A stretch of DNA of 64,000 nucleotides from Epiperipatus broadwayi (lineage: Eukaryota > Animalia > Onychophora), in the NCBI GenBank assembly GCA_028023455.1, contig JAQFVV010000007.1, forward strand, positions 15,500,001 through 15,564,000, read 5' to 3'. The translations under genes and the position numbers were made by a program. Of the stretch, positions 1 to 10,822 are shown piece by piece. How positions within the stretch are numbered: position 1 is the stretch's first letter; each line of letters opens with the position of its first letter. The notes below the pieces were generated by a model. That model saw only the letters and a program-made list of their open reading frames with translations, was not told the DNA's origin and ran no database searches.

Positions 1-70
1 CATATGATCTCTTTCTAGGTGATTTACAATCTCTTGGAGATCTAGTTTAAGATTTCAAATATCTATTATC
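1..70 (-). mobile_element. Degenerate fragment of the RTE LINE 3' region, cut by the window edge
   Basis: ctctttctaggtgatttacaatctcttggagatctagtttaagatttcaa resembles 61908-61955 of the intact RTE copy. Confidence 0.5.
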
Positions 71-914
71 TTTTATTACCAGCTATTATCTACTAGCTAT
101 ATATTTACACCTAGTTGTTACCAAGTCAGATAACTATGAAGTACAGAGAATGGTTAACATAGATGGCCAAAACAAGATTTTCTTTTTTAATTTTTCTTAG
201 TCTGTGAATTTTTTTCAGTACTAACTGAGAGCAATTTCTTAAATCACATTGCAATAAATGGTATTTAGTTAGTCATTGCCTTCCACTAGCTACTATTAAA
301 AGTGAGTATATCAAATTCTACATTAATAATTTTATTATATTAATTAAAATTATTTTAACTAGCTGTGTGAATGAAGTTGTGGACAGTTTTAACAATAAAA
401 GAAAAACAAAACAAAACAAAAGGTTGCAATAGATGGCATGCAAACAAAATATCAAATTGTATCTTTTTAGTTTCCATGGTTCTAGTTTTTTTAATGAATA
501 TATTAAGCCTTGGAATGTTGTCATTATTATACTTAGTATTGAACTTTTAAGCCTTAAATAAAGAGTTTCATAAAATAGAAAGATGTCAAACTCATGGCCT
601 GAGAATCTAGAGTGAAGCTTGAAATTCCAAAGTATGCTCAGAATTTTTTTAAGTGGCAGACCTGCATCCCAATTGACTATTTAGTATTGGATATGTTGTT
701 ATTAAAAATAAACTCTTTACAATACATGCATATATCAACACTGATGAAGTATGCATAATAAGTTCTTTGGGTATGCCAATAAAACTTGCATGATTTTTTT
801 TCTATTTTTTTCTATTCACATTTAACACATATTTTCAATGACAGTGATTCATTTGTTTTTTTCTGTGCCATTTATTGGCATTTCAATGTTTACAATTTTG
901 GACTTTCACCAGAA

Positions 915-955
915 CCTCACTAAAGAAAGTCCAAAGCCAGAAACTAATTTGAAGG
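915..955 (+). ncRNA. Degenerate hammerhead-ribozyme relic (family A)
   Basis: CCTCA-CTAAAGA-AAGTCCAAAGCCA-GAAA-CTAA-TT-TGAAGG has the same layout as the copies at 3828 and 57624, but the core CUGAUGA is mutated. Confidence 0.45.
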
Positions 956-1599
956 TATGAACCCAATAATATCATGTAGTATCTTTTGCCAATCAGGATT
1001 ACAATTGATGGTAGAATAAATTAAATGCCCCAAAGTACATTTTTAAGGTATTGAACCTGTGCTTTACTTCTATATTTATAAGTATTGTTATTATTAAATA
1101 TAAAATGTGTGTGGGATTTAACAGATCTGAAAGAAACAAAATATTGTCATTTGCGTTTTATTTTTAAAAAAGAAAAAAAAATCAGAATATAAAATCAATT
1201 TGAGATTATATTGTGCTATCTGTAATATTTCCCATTTTATTGCATGTTTTCATCAAGTTGTCATTTATTAAATAAAAGATCAATATTTTAATAGTGACCT
1301 GGGAAGTTTCAGTTCATCGTAATACTTCTGGGATCAGAAGAAATTATCTAATTATTCCTTAATCAGCTCAAATTTAGTTTCATGCTAAAATATATTGCTA
1401 TTAATAATTTATTTATTTCATTATTATTTTATTTTTCTTTCAAAATAAAGCTTTGTAGTCTACAAAGTAAATCTCATTATGATAAGTATTGATATACACA
1501 ATAAATGTTGATCATTTTCCTAATTGTTTTATGGAATTATAGTTTTAATTATGAATAATACTTTTATAGATTTTTTTTATGTGAAATAATAGACATACA

Positions 1600-2000
1600 A
1601 TAAATGTAATTCCGCGATTTAAACAGGCGTTAAATTGCTTTAAATTTGCCTATATATAATATTATGCTTTGTTTTTCCCAGTAGGATGTTGTTCATTATT
1701 GAAATTGATAATGAGTACTTACTTTTAATATTTTTTTTTGGAATCATTTTTATGGTTATAGCATGGTGGGCTCTCGAATTCGAATCCACGGGATCGCGCC
1801 CCAGCTGCAATTTTCGGCGCGTACATTTGTATGAACTCTTGAATAATGTGTTATTCGATTGTTTGTTTTATTGTGAAATCATATTAATCCTTAAATATAC
1901 ATTTTTTTTGTTATTTCTAATATAAAAGTATTTAGATTTAATTCTCTTTTTATACGTGAGTTTTATATTTATGTCTGCGCGTGCGCAGATATTTTTAAAT
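1600..2000. promoter_or_regulatory. CpG-retaining patch, candidate promoter/first exon
   Basis: Roughly 15 or more CpGs in 400 bp against a strongly CpG-depleted background; contains an NRF1-type site; minus-strand donor GTAAGT at 1722-1717. Confidence 0.4.
1976..1987 (-). promoter_or_regulatory. NRF1/EWG-type binding motif
   Basis: Minus strand TGCGCACGCGCA matches the consensus YGCGCAYGCGCR; it lies in the palindrome tctgcgc-gt-gcgcaga (1974-1989). Confidence 0.55.
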
Positions 2001-2085
2001 ATTTGTTTTATTTAAAAACTGCATTTTTGTTTCAATCTACATAAATTATCAACATTTTTATAACTGAAATACAGGTTTGTATCAA

Positions 2086-2526
2086 TATATGTAGGGTGTA
2101 TGAGCACAGACTTTCACACGACCCACCACTCACCACTCTATCTCATAACACTAATACACTTGAACACATATATGTCGAAAAGATAAATAATCACCAATAT
2201 ACATATTTCATGCTAAACCAGCAATCATCAGTTGGTCCATATTATTATCTCTACACATATATGTATAAGTGCTCAGTTCAATTTGATGGATGGTTGAAGA
2301 GTTGGAATGTGGAATGGATTGAAGCCTGTCATTTAAAGAATGAAGATTGGCTATCCTAATATATATCTGAGTACTTATTGCATATATGTGTAGAGATGAT
2401 AATCTGGACCAACTAATGATTGCTGGTTTGTTTATTTTTCGACATATATATGTTCAAGTGTGAGTGGAGAGTGGTGGGTTGTGTGAAAGTCTTTGCTCAT
2501 ATATCCTGTATACAACATGTTTATAG
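2086..2526. mobile_element. Fold-back (inverted-repeat) insertion carrying a hammerhead motif; Penelope-like pLTR relic
   Basis: Arms about 2095-2278 and 2366-2510 are reverse complements with internal deletions in the right arm; ttgtatcaa direct repeat at 2077-2085 and 2527-2535 (candidate TSD). Confidence 0.65.
2193..2236 (-). ncRNA. Minimal type-I hammerhead ribozyme (family B variant)
   Basis: Minus strand ACCAA-CTGATGA-T-TGCT-GGTTT-AGCA-T-GAAA-TATGTA-TA-TTGGT: intact core, stem I ACCAA/TTGGT, stem II TGCT/AGCA, near-palindromic stem III, AUA triplet. Confidence 0.75.
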
Positions 2527-2589
2527 TTGTATCAACATAAAAATTTATATTTCTATTATTTTTATCATATAAGTGAATTAGTAAAAATA

Positions 2590-3120
2590 AAAATTACAAA
2601 TACTTTGGATGGATTATTAATCAAATGGAAACAGGGATGAAATTAATCACAAAATTAAACTTGGATAGTGTACTTTTATTAGAAATAATTTAATATTAAA
2701 GGAATATGCCTATATATCTGAAAAGGCAGATTTTTAATAGGTGGATCTGAGGCTTGAAATGTTTAAGTAAATGGCAATATAACTCTACAAAGGGTGGAGA
2801 TATACATTCAGAGTAGCATCAGATAACAAGTGAAAAACAGCATCAGATAACAAGTGAAAAACTTGGTTAAAACAAACTGGTATACATTGATGTCATTGAA
2901 ATAATTAAGAGACTGAAATGAAAGTTGCTCTGGATACTATATTGCTACAAAAAATAATGGATAAACAATTATTGTCATCAAGTAGATCACAAGAGATTAT
3001 AAAAGATCTAAAAAAACCATGTGTGAGAAAGATGAAGTAAGTGTGTTGATGTGAAGTAACAGTTCAAATTGGAGAGAGTTTATACTGCAGTGGCTCAGTA
3101 ATGTTTGAAAATGATTATGA
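2590..3120 (+). mobile_element. Old degenerate RTE LINE 3' fragment
   Basis: Recognisable remnants of [24 protein letters not shown] and a TGA/GAT-type tail; internal 24-bp tandem duplication at about 2815-2862. Confidence 0.65.
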
Positions 3121-3450
3121 TTAAAGATGAAATTGAAATAGATATATGTATCCATAGCATGAATAAAATAATAGGATCTCCTTATAAGCAGGGTAAACAA
3201 GCTAACTATATCATTATCCTATACTGTTGAAAATAGAAATTGACTTATAAAGATCAGGATTCAAAAATTTTTGGATTATTTCTTAGCTATGTAAAAAAAC
3301 AAAAAAAAAAGCAAAAAATATTTTGGGTCAAGTGAGTACAATTGTTGTGTCCAACTTGATGCTCTGACAAGTGAATGCTATTGTTGTGCTTAGTCATTTG
3401 ATGTTGGGGGTTATATAACTATTAAAATCATGACCTTAAAGAAATACTAA

Positions 3451-3555
3451 TGCAGTGGTAGATTGAAAGACTTTGGAGCTCAAGATCCATACATTGTAAC
3501 TCCACTCTATTGCTTGAACTTTTTATGAACTCCCAAGCAATAAACCATTTGATTA
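3451..3555 (+). mobile_element. Old tRNA-derived SINE copy
   Basis: tgcagtggtag...gactttggagctcaagatcca...gaactttttatgaactcccaagcaataaaccatttgatta, shared with more than 10 other loci. Confidence 0.7.
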
Positions 3556-3827
3556 TGATGATGATAAAGCTTCTCACTTCATTAAAAAGTTATTAAAACA
3601 TTAAGAATAAGAACTGTATATTCACCAAGATGAACTGCTTTTCTTTTATTGCTTGAATTCCTAATGCTGCATTTAGAATCCCAATTAGGACACTATCCAT
3701 GATATATCAAAAAGACACCTGTTTTTCCATTACTTTTTCACTTCCTCTATGCTTTTTACAGTAAGCTTTAGTAAGTAATCATAGTTGCCAAATAATGGCA
3801 CTAAACATTTTTCTTATACTGTCCTAT

Positions 3828-3883
3828 CCAAAATCTGTAAACTAGTTTCGAGCTTGTGGCTTTCATCAGTAAAAATATCTTGG
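3828..3883 (-). ncRNA. Minimal type-I hammerhead ribozyme (family A)
   Basis: Minus strand CCAAGAT..TTTA-CTGATGA-A-AGC-CACAA-GCT-C-GAAA-CTAG-TT-TACAG-ATTTTGG: intact core and palindromic CUAG loop; proximal stem I is weak. Confidence 0.65.
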
Positions 3884-3909
3884 AACAGGGGACCTCTAGG
3901 ATCTGATGC

Positions 3910-4440
3910 ATCATCCAGCTATTATCATTTATCTTTATGTTATACTGTCAAACTCTCAGCCCAAATTGAAAAGTATAGTTTTAAATATAAGTCAACTTGC
4001 TTGTATAGTCATATAGATCTGAATTCAATTCAGTTTCAATATATTATGGTAGCCTTAGCTTTTAAATAACTATAGGTACCCCTTGCATGTAGCTGGAATT
4101 CACTATAAATCAATAAACAATCACATGATTTCAGCTTACTTATTGTTGTTTTAGCAGCATTCTTTTTCACCTTCTTTAAGCTGCTTACTGTAAGCTTTAG
4201 TAAATAATAATAGACCCCAGATGACATTTGCTTAATAAAGGTCATGTGATAATTTATTGATTTATTCCAAATGCTAGTCACAAAATAGAAGAGCCTATAG
4301 CTATTAAGAAATGAAGGATATATAATGTATAGAAACTGAACTAGTTTCACATCTATATGACTATACAAGAAAATTGGCTTATTGAAAACATGTTTTAGTT
4401 GAGCTGATAGCTTGATAGTATAACAGAGATAAATGATAAT
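3910..4440. repeat. Diverged long inverted repeat (arms about 200 bp)
   Basis: attatcatttatct..gttatactgtcaa..cttgtatagtcatatagat..cagtttc (3911-4075) is mirrored at about 4290-4440. Confidence 0.7.
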
Positions 4441-5299
4441 CATAGAAAAGAAAGTGCATTATATTATAAAAGTCCAGGTGCACTGTTCCAAGATTCAAAA
4501 CTCCTCATTTATGAAAGACATAGATTGAAATATGTCTGAGGATTTTGTCTAGACCTGCATAGGATAAGGATTTATAACCTTATCTTTCTTATTGCATTGC
4601 CAAATCCATATATTAATACCATCTATATTCTGAATAAGATTGCTAGAGCACTCAAAACAGTCTAGTGGATTTAAAAAAGCATTGTAAAAAAATTAATAAA
4701 GAATATAGATAGTATTAGTATGATATGGACTTATTAAGCACTATCATCTACCATCCATCATTACTTACTATGGGGAAGATGATAACATATGCGACTAAAA
4801 CATCAATATGTAAGCTGAAGTCAGGTGATACATCATGTGACCATTCCCCCATTAAATTGCAATTTTTTTGGCATCCATGGTGCATCTTAATTTCATCATT
4901 CCAGCTTATTCATTTCACTTTTACATTTACAACTAATGTCCTAAACTATAATATATTGTATGACCAATAACTTCATGTGATACAATTACTCAGACACAAT
5001 TACTAGGGTCTTAGTAATTGAATGAAAAATTCCCTGTTTAACAAATAATTGAATAATTAATCACTCAAGAGATCATGTGATAGTTGAGCACTAGATATAA
5101 CAAGTTGAACTTCAGTCTAGGGATCTTTAATGGCCTACCCTACAACTTTACAGAACTTCTTTCTACTTGTCTATGGCATTAATTCAAATTGGACAGTTCT
5201 GTTAGATTAGAATGCTCAGTGCAAACTATAATTGCATATAATAAAATGTTTGTTGTTTATAAATTAAAAGTGTTGGATTAATTTTCAGGAATCTTTAGC

Positions 5300-5770
5300 T
5301 CTCAAGGATATTAACCTGCACCTTGCCCAAACACACAGGCTAAAATCTCTTTGAAATGAAGCCTTCCAAAAGCTGTGAAAACTTGTGAGACAATAATACT
5401 ACCTTGGGAAATAAAATCAAAGTTAAGAAATAAAGAAAACTAAGAAGTCATTATGCTGCTTATTACAAGCAGGCTATTCTGCAAACTGTTCTTTAGTATG
5501 AGGTTTTTGTGGTGAGATTAGACTCATATACCTTTCAAAATATGCTCAAAGACAGTAAAGAAACAATATTGATTGCTTTCATTAGGAAGATATAGCTGAA
5601 GACAGAATACCAGAGCACTATATTAATCAAAGTAATACTAGTCTTTCAAAGTATTCTGCAAAGTATTTTAAAAGACAATCTTTCAAAATATCAGTAAATA
5701 AACTAAAGACCGGAATGTGATGTTTGTGGAAGTATTTGTGTTTCAAAGATTGGTTTGTACAGCTTTTGTA
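5300..5770 (+). mobile_element. Degenerate 3' end of a BovB-like RTE LINE, distinct from the main family
   Basis: Remnant translation ECDVCGSICVSKIGLYS matches the C-x2-C...SRIGL.SH C-terminal motif of BovB-type RTEs; upstream remnants of the F.D.LK and W..A.DR blocks. Confidence 0.5.
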
Positions 5771-6207
5771 AAATTTATAATTTTTTTTATTTTTCACCTT
5801 TGGAATTGGAATGGTTGTACTTGATTATGAGTGATTATTAATGATGGTGCTGGTTGTTGATCATCTTTTAATGTATCTTGAATTTTGCACCATTATTGTA
5901 GAATGGATCATTCTCATCTCTACCATATTTTCCTAATGATACCATAATATTTAATCAGTTCCTAGTTAAAAAGCCACAAAGATTCATCATTAATTATTGA
6001 ATTCTCAGAACAGGGTTTTTTTCTAATCTAGGAAATACAGATTTAATATTAAGACTTCTCCATGAAATGTATAAGACATGATAAAAGAATATTGCAAATG
6101 TTATTTAAAAGTATACACTTGTTAAATTTTACTGCATTAAATTTTTTATCACCAAAATATCACATAATCACTATTTACTATGTTTACACAAGTCTTTATT
6201 ATTAGTA

Positions 6208-6340
6208 GCAAACTCTCCATACAGTAGTGCCACTCAGTGCAAGCCTTAGTAATCAATGATGCAGGAATGTTTGTGCATAAAATCCCCAATGAATGAATAG
6301 GCACTTGTTTACTAAGACTTGCACTGGGTGGCACTACTAT
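6208..6340. repeat. Short fold-back, same arm family as 57521-57780
   Basis: agtagtgccactcagtgcaagccttagtaa ... ttactaagacttgcactgggtggcactact; the left part matches 57530-57585. Confidence 0.7.
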
Positions 6341-7240
6341 ATTTTTATCTTTTTAAGTTTAATGGATCTCATGGATAAGTTCAATCTATGTTACCAAGTG
6401 TTGAGAAAATATTTTTTAGTTCTTTTTTATTGCTTTTTGTAAATGTTTTAAGTATCTTCTATACATATTTATTGTAATGAACAGTGAATCTATTTTATGC
6501 AGCTATTAAAAACCTTAATTCAATGCATTGATATTCAGTTAATTTTTTTTTTTACTGTCAATATTTTTTATTCCTTAAATAAATAGTTAAATGGTTTATT
6601 GCTCAGGGAATTCCTTAGAAATTCAAGTATTAAAAGTAGCAGAACTGGAGTCACAGTGTATTAAAAGCCACATGACTTTTATAGAGTCTGAAAAAACTAT
6701 AAATTCTAAATTAAAAATTGTAACCTAATATTTTTTATCATATGGATTTACCAAACCATAGATCCAGCTGTTAGATATGTGATTATCTTTAATCAATAGT
6801 GCACCGACAAATGTAAATAATGCAATTTCTAGAAATGTTCCTTACACAACAGATAATGATGGGTAAATACCCATTTACCAACCAGTATAAAATGGGTAGC
6901 TGAAGTGTCAATACCCTCCCCACACATTCATATAAGCTTTATAATATTCATAGTAATATATGTAAATGAAAAAAGTCTTTGAATCACAAGTCATGAATAT
7001 GGAGGCAAATAATGTGATTGCTAAGTGATTTAATTTCAATTAATAATTAAATTGCTATTTTCTTGAAAGGTCATGTAACAGCTGATCACTAGGAATAGTA
7101 TATCTAGCTTCATATCCAGAATCTTTAATTCTGAAGTCTGCTGCTACACTACATGCTATATGCCCCCATACTTTAAAGATTTCATAAGAAACATAGAGGA
7201 GAATGCATTTACACACACAAGGTTTGCCTAAAGAATTGTT

Positions 7241-7479
7241 GTATTTTAAACAGCATTAAACTGTTGCACATGTGCTTTGGATTTTAATTATAAAATGAAT
7301 GAACACAAACACTTCAAACACATGATAAAGTCTTTGGAAAAGATAGAGACTTTGTCATGTGTTTGAAGTGTTTGTATTCATTCATTTTATAGTTAAAATC
7401 CAAAGCGCATGTGCAACAGTTTAATGCTGTTTAAAATATTACAGTTTGTAAAAAACATCGTGCTATATAAAATAATTGA
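7241..7479. mobile_element. Fold-back insertion with 13-bp target-site duplication
   Basis: Arms 7242-7333 and 7347-7438 are near-perfect reverse complements; ctaaagaattgtt repeated at 7228-7240 and 7480-7492. Confidence 0.8.
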
Positions 7480-7914
7480 CTAAAGAATTGTTCTAAACTT
7501 TCATCTTTTCTTAAATCCATCACTGTTTAAAAGAAATAGAAGAATTCTTTTAATGATTAGGATTTAAAATAAAATGTAATTATTTGGTTTTAATGTAGAA
7601 TCTAGCCAGAATCCACCTGCAAACTAATTTGTACTTATTTGAGTGATAAAGAATTTACTTAAAACACTTTAAAGCTTTGAAGAAACAAAATTGCACAAAT
7701 TAAATTCACTTTTTTTAAAACAAAACAATTTTACAAGATGTAAAGAATTGTAAATCTCAAATGTTTTAATTAAAAGAAAAAAGAAAGGGAAAGCAATTTT
7801 TACAATAATGTTATTATTGTAACCCTTCATGATATATGTTTCTATAAACATAATCTAATTGATTATTGAAAATCAGTGACAATATATATTAGTCCAAAAT
7901 TATTACATAATGTC

Positions 7915-8038
7915 CAAATAGTTTGGGGCAGGAATAGAGTGGCAGACTCTAGAGCTTAAGGTTTATGGTTTGAGCCTGATTATGTCACTTCTGGTTGCTT
8001 GAACTTCTTACAAACGCCCAAACATAAGCAATTTGATT
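7915..8038 (+). mobile_element. Old tRNA-derived SINE copy
   Basis: cagactctagagcttaagg...ttgaacttcttacaaacgcccaaacataagcaatttgatt. Confidence 0.6.
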
Positions 8039-8137
8039 TTTTTTTAAGTTTTATTATTTAATGAATAATAAAAATCTATCAAATTATTAATATGGATGTA
8101 AATGGATGAAATTGATCATAAATGTAAATTTGGATAT

Positions 8138-8434
8138 TATATAATGAGTGTTAATAGCTCTTTACAAGATTTTCCAAATATCCCTATTCCCAGACTAGTT
8201 TCTAGCTGCTGGCTTTTGTCAGTGAGGTGCTATGATATTCAGACATTAGATCTAAAAATACCAGTGTAAGCCCAGCATTTATCTAATTGTTAACTATTAA
8301 GTAGAAAATCTAAAATATTCAGACATCCATATATCTTCAAACCCATCTATCTAACTTAAAGAGCAGCTAGCAAACAGTCTGGGGATAGGGATATTTGGAA
8401 AAGCTTGTTAAGAGTTATTAACACTTATTATATA
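8138..8434. mobile_element. Fold-back with hammerhead relic (family A) in the left arm
   Basis: Arms about 8138-8210 and 8363-8434; minus strand 8227-8189 reads CCTCA-CTGACAA-AAGC-CAGCA-GCTA-GAAA-CTAG-TC-TGGG. Confidence 0.7.
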
Positions 8435-8489
8435 ACATTTGTAGTATAAGCTTATTAAATTAAGTGACGTGGTGTATGACTTGATTTTT

Positions 8490-8900
8490 TTGCAAATAAA
8501 TTTGGATAATATGCCAAGAGGCTGTAAAAGTAAGGTTTAAAAATTAATGATACCAGTGCTTATATTTGGATGATTGAGATTTACTAGAACAACAATACAG
8601 AGACTGCTGATTTCACAGTGAAGTATAGAAAGATGTACAGTAGATTTAATGAGGAATTCAAAAATAAATCAGTAACAAAACAAACCCACCAAAATCATTA
8701 ATAGAATTAAGAAGTTGAAATGGGGTTAGTTTCAATAAACAATAGAAAGTCTTAATTGTATTTCAAAAGATTATAAGAGATTTTGAAAAGAGACCACAAG
8801 TGGGCTGGATGAGATTTAATAGAGCGAAGAAGATATGGATTGAAAATAATGAAACTTAGAAAGACTTTCACTTATGCCATGAACAGATGGTGGAAAGTGA
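8490..8900 (+). mobile_element. Very degenerate RTE LINE 3' fragment
   Basis: Remnants such as atacagagactgc, agaattaagaagttgaaatgg and aaaagattataagaga are colinear with the RTE 3' end. Confidence 0.55.
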
Positions 8901-8920
8901 TTAAATAAAATTTTAAAAAA

Positions 8921-9017
8921 GTGCATATGGCTTAATTGATTGGGTGCTAGACCTGTGAGTGTGAGAATTGATCCTGGGACCTCTCAATCCCAAATCAGAC
9001 ACTACCAACTATGCCAA
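8921..9017 (-). mobile_element. tRNA-derived SINE copy, minus strand
   Basis: Minus strand GGCATAGTTGGTAGTGTCTGATTTGGGA..CCCAGGATCAATTCT resembles the copies at 13453 and 46766. Confidence 0.55.
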
Positions 9018-9509
9018 AAAGTAATGAATGATGATGACTATAACCATAAAATCAAGTTGATAGTGGACCTAATGTTCTGTTGATATGAATACAACTTGCT
9101 TTCATAGAATGAAATATACAATATATGCATACATGATTGAATAATTCAAAATGGTATATAAAAAAAATCAGGAAAAATAAATAGTTGATGAATGGAAAAA
9201 AATAGAGCAATAGAAAAATACTCATTATCTCAAATACTCTTGTAAGTGGCCCATCATTGCAGATAGATTATAAAATAGTGCTTTTTAGATAGCAGTTAAG
9301 TAATCTCAATTTTTTTTCAAGTTTATACTAATCTGTGTACACAGATTGATAAGTGTATTCATGATCTCAGAACTCAAATTTAGTAATCCTCCGTTTGAAA
9401 AAATGTTAAATCTAAAACAAAAAAACAAATTAGAAATCCATAATATTACACCTAGATAAAGAATGATGAATTTGAATCAATTATTCCATGACATTATTTT
9501 TAATTTAAA

Positions 9510-9665
9510 AAAAAAAGGATATATTAATCTTTTAAAGGATTTAAAGTTTATATCTGGGCTAGAAATGGTATGATAATTTCTAGTCTAATAAATGATTATT
9601 AGTAATTAATAATGCATTTATCTGAAGTGGATGGTGTCAAATTTGACATTTATAAACCAACTTGC
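9510..9665 (+). repeat. Interspersed ~160-bp AT-rich repeat family (other copies at about 10020-10170 +, 35555-35705 +, 37255-37500 - with partial duplication, 52755-52900 -)
   Basis: Shared atattaatct..tttaaagtttatatctg.gctag..ataatctctag..taat..att..taataat..ggtgtcaaa..tttgacac. Confidence 0.65.
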
Positions 9666-9854
9666 AATTAAATAAATAAATCCTGTATATGACATAATAA
9701 TCTCTAGTCTAATAAATGATTAGTAATAAGAAAACAAAATAAATAGCTTTATTGCAGAGAGTTCATAAGAAAGTTTGGTATTTGTAAATGAAATTGTAAT
9801 TTGTATTGATTAAGAATGAACAAAATGATGACATATATGGGATTATGATCTAAG

Positions 9855-9894
9855 CCAACTAAAGAGTGCTGATTCAGTGTGAAATGCATCTTGG
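9855..9894 (+). ncRNA. Hammerhead-ribozyme relic (family B)
   Basis: CCAA-CTAAAGA-GTGCT-GATTC-AGTGT-GAAA-TGCA-TC-TTGG; homologous to 53021-53060; core CUGA mutated. Confidence 0.6.
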
Positions 9895-10822
9895 GAGTCA
9901 TCTTTCTGAGGTCTTTATTCATGTGTTTTAGAAAAGTGTGATGAAGTGAAATTTTAAGCATATTTAAAAAGAGATTACACATGGAATAAAAGAGATATTC
10001 CAATTATTTCATGTGTTTAATAAAAAAAAAAACATATTAATCTTTAACCAAAATTTAAACTTTATATCTGGAGTAGGAATGATGTGATAATCTTTAGCCT
10101 AATACCTGATTAATAACAATCATATTAATATATGTGAGTGTAGAAAGTTTGACACTTATAAATGAAACTGTATTCAATTTTTTTGCACATATTAGACTGC
10201 ATAGCAAAAGCTACTTTTTTATTTTGGAAAGTAATATAGAAAAGGATCTTATTTAAATTGGATAAATTCATCAATTATTTGAAAAAAAAGAGTAAATATT
10301 ATAATACATGAAAGAAGCATTGAGATCTTATTTCCACAGCAGAGTAAAGTTGAGAGTAGTTATGATTAGCATTATTTTCTCAATAAATAGTTTTAATTAA
10401 TATTCATTTGCATAAAGTATGAATACCACATCTTTGGTTAATTAACATAATTGGTTTTATGAATGTTTGTACACATATGTGTATTTTATACATATTATTC
10501 AGCAATTCAAAATAACTGCTTTTCAGTAAATACTCAAATAAATTAATTTGTATTTTTATTAGATTGGATATTATTATTAGGGACCCCTGTGAGGTATTTT
10601 TAATTGTTTTATATATCTTTATTCAAATTTTTAAAATGTAATTGTTTAATATTAAAAATGCTGTAATGATCAATGAATTTTACTAACTCAGTATCAGATT
10701 GTACACAATATTAAGTCAGTGATGTCAAATGTGAGGATTCTCGCATTCCAATAACAAAATAAAGACTTGAGAAAATAGGATCTTATTTTCAAACCTAAAT
10801 GCACTTATATAAGCCAATCTTT

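Noticed and set aside
740-790. CTGATGAAG at 740 (also CTGATGAGTC at 34748, CTGAAGATG at 25726 and CTGATGT at 53827)
   Set aside because: No convincing stem II followed by GAAA; they may be older relics but cannot be supported.
1757-1830. Possible tRNA/Pol III gene (TAGCATGGTGG ... ATTCGAATCC)
   Set aside because: The A- and B-box-like words are only about 10 nt apart and no cloverleaf forms; it is better explained as part of the CpG patch.
4036-4443. 135-aa minus ORF and 94-aa plus ORF (3785-4069)
   Set aside because: Both run through the arms of an inverted repeat and resemble each other only for that reason; no recognisable domain.
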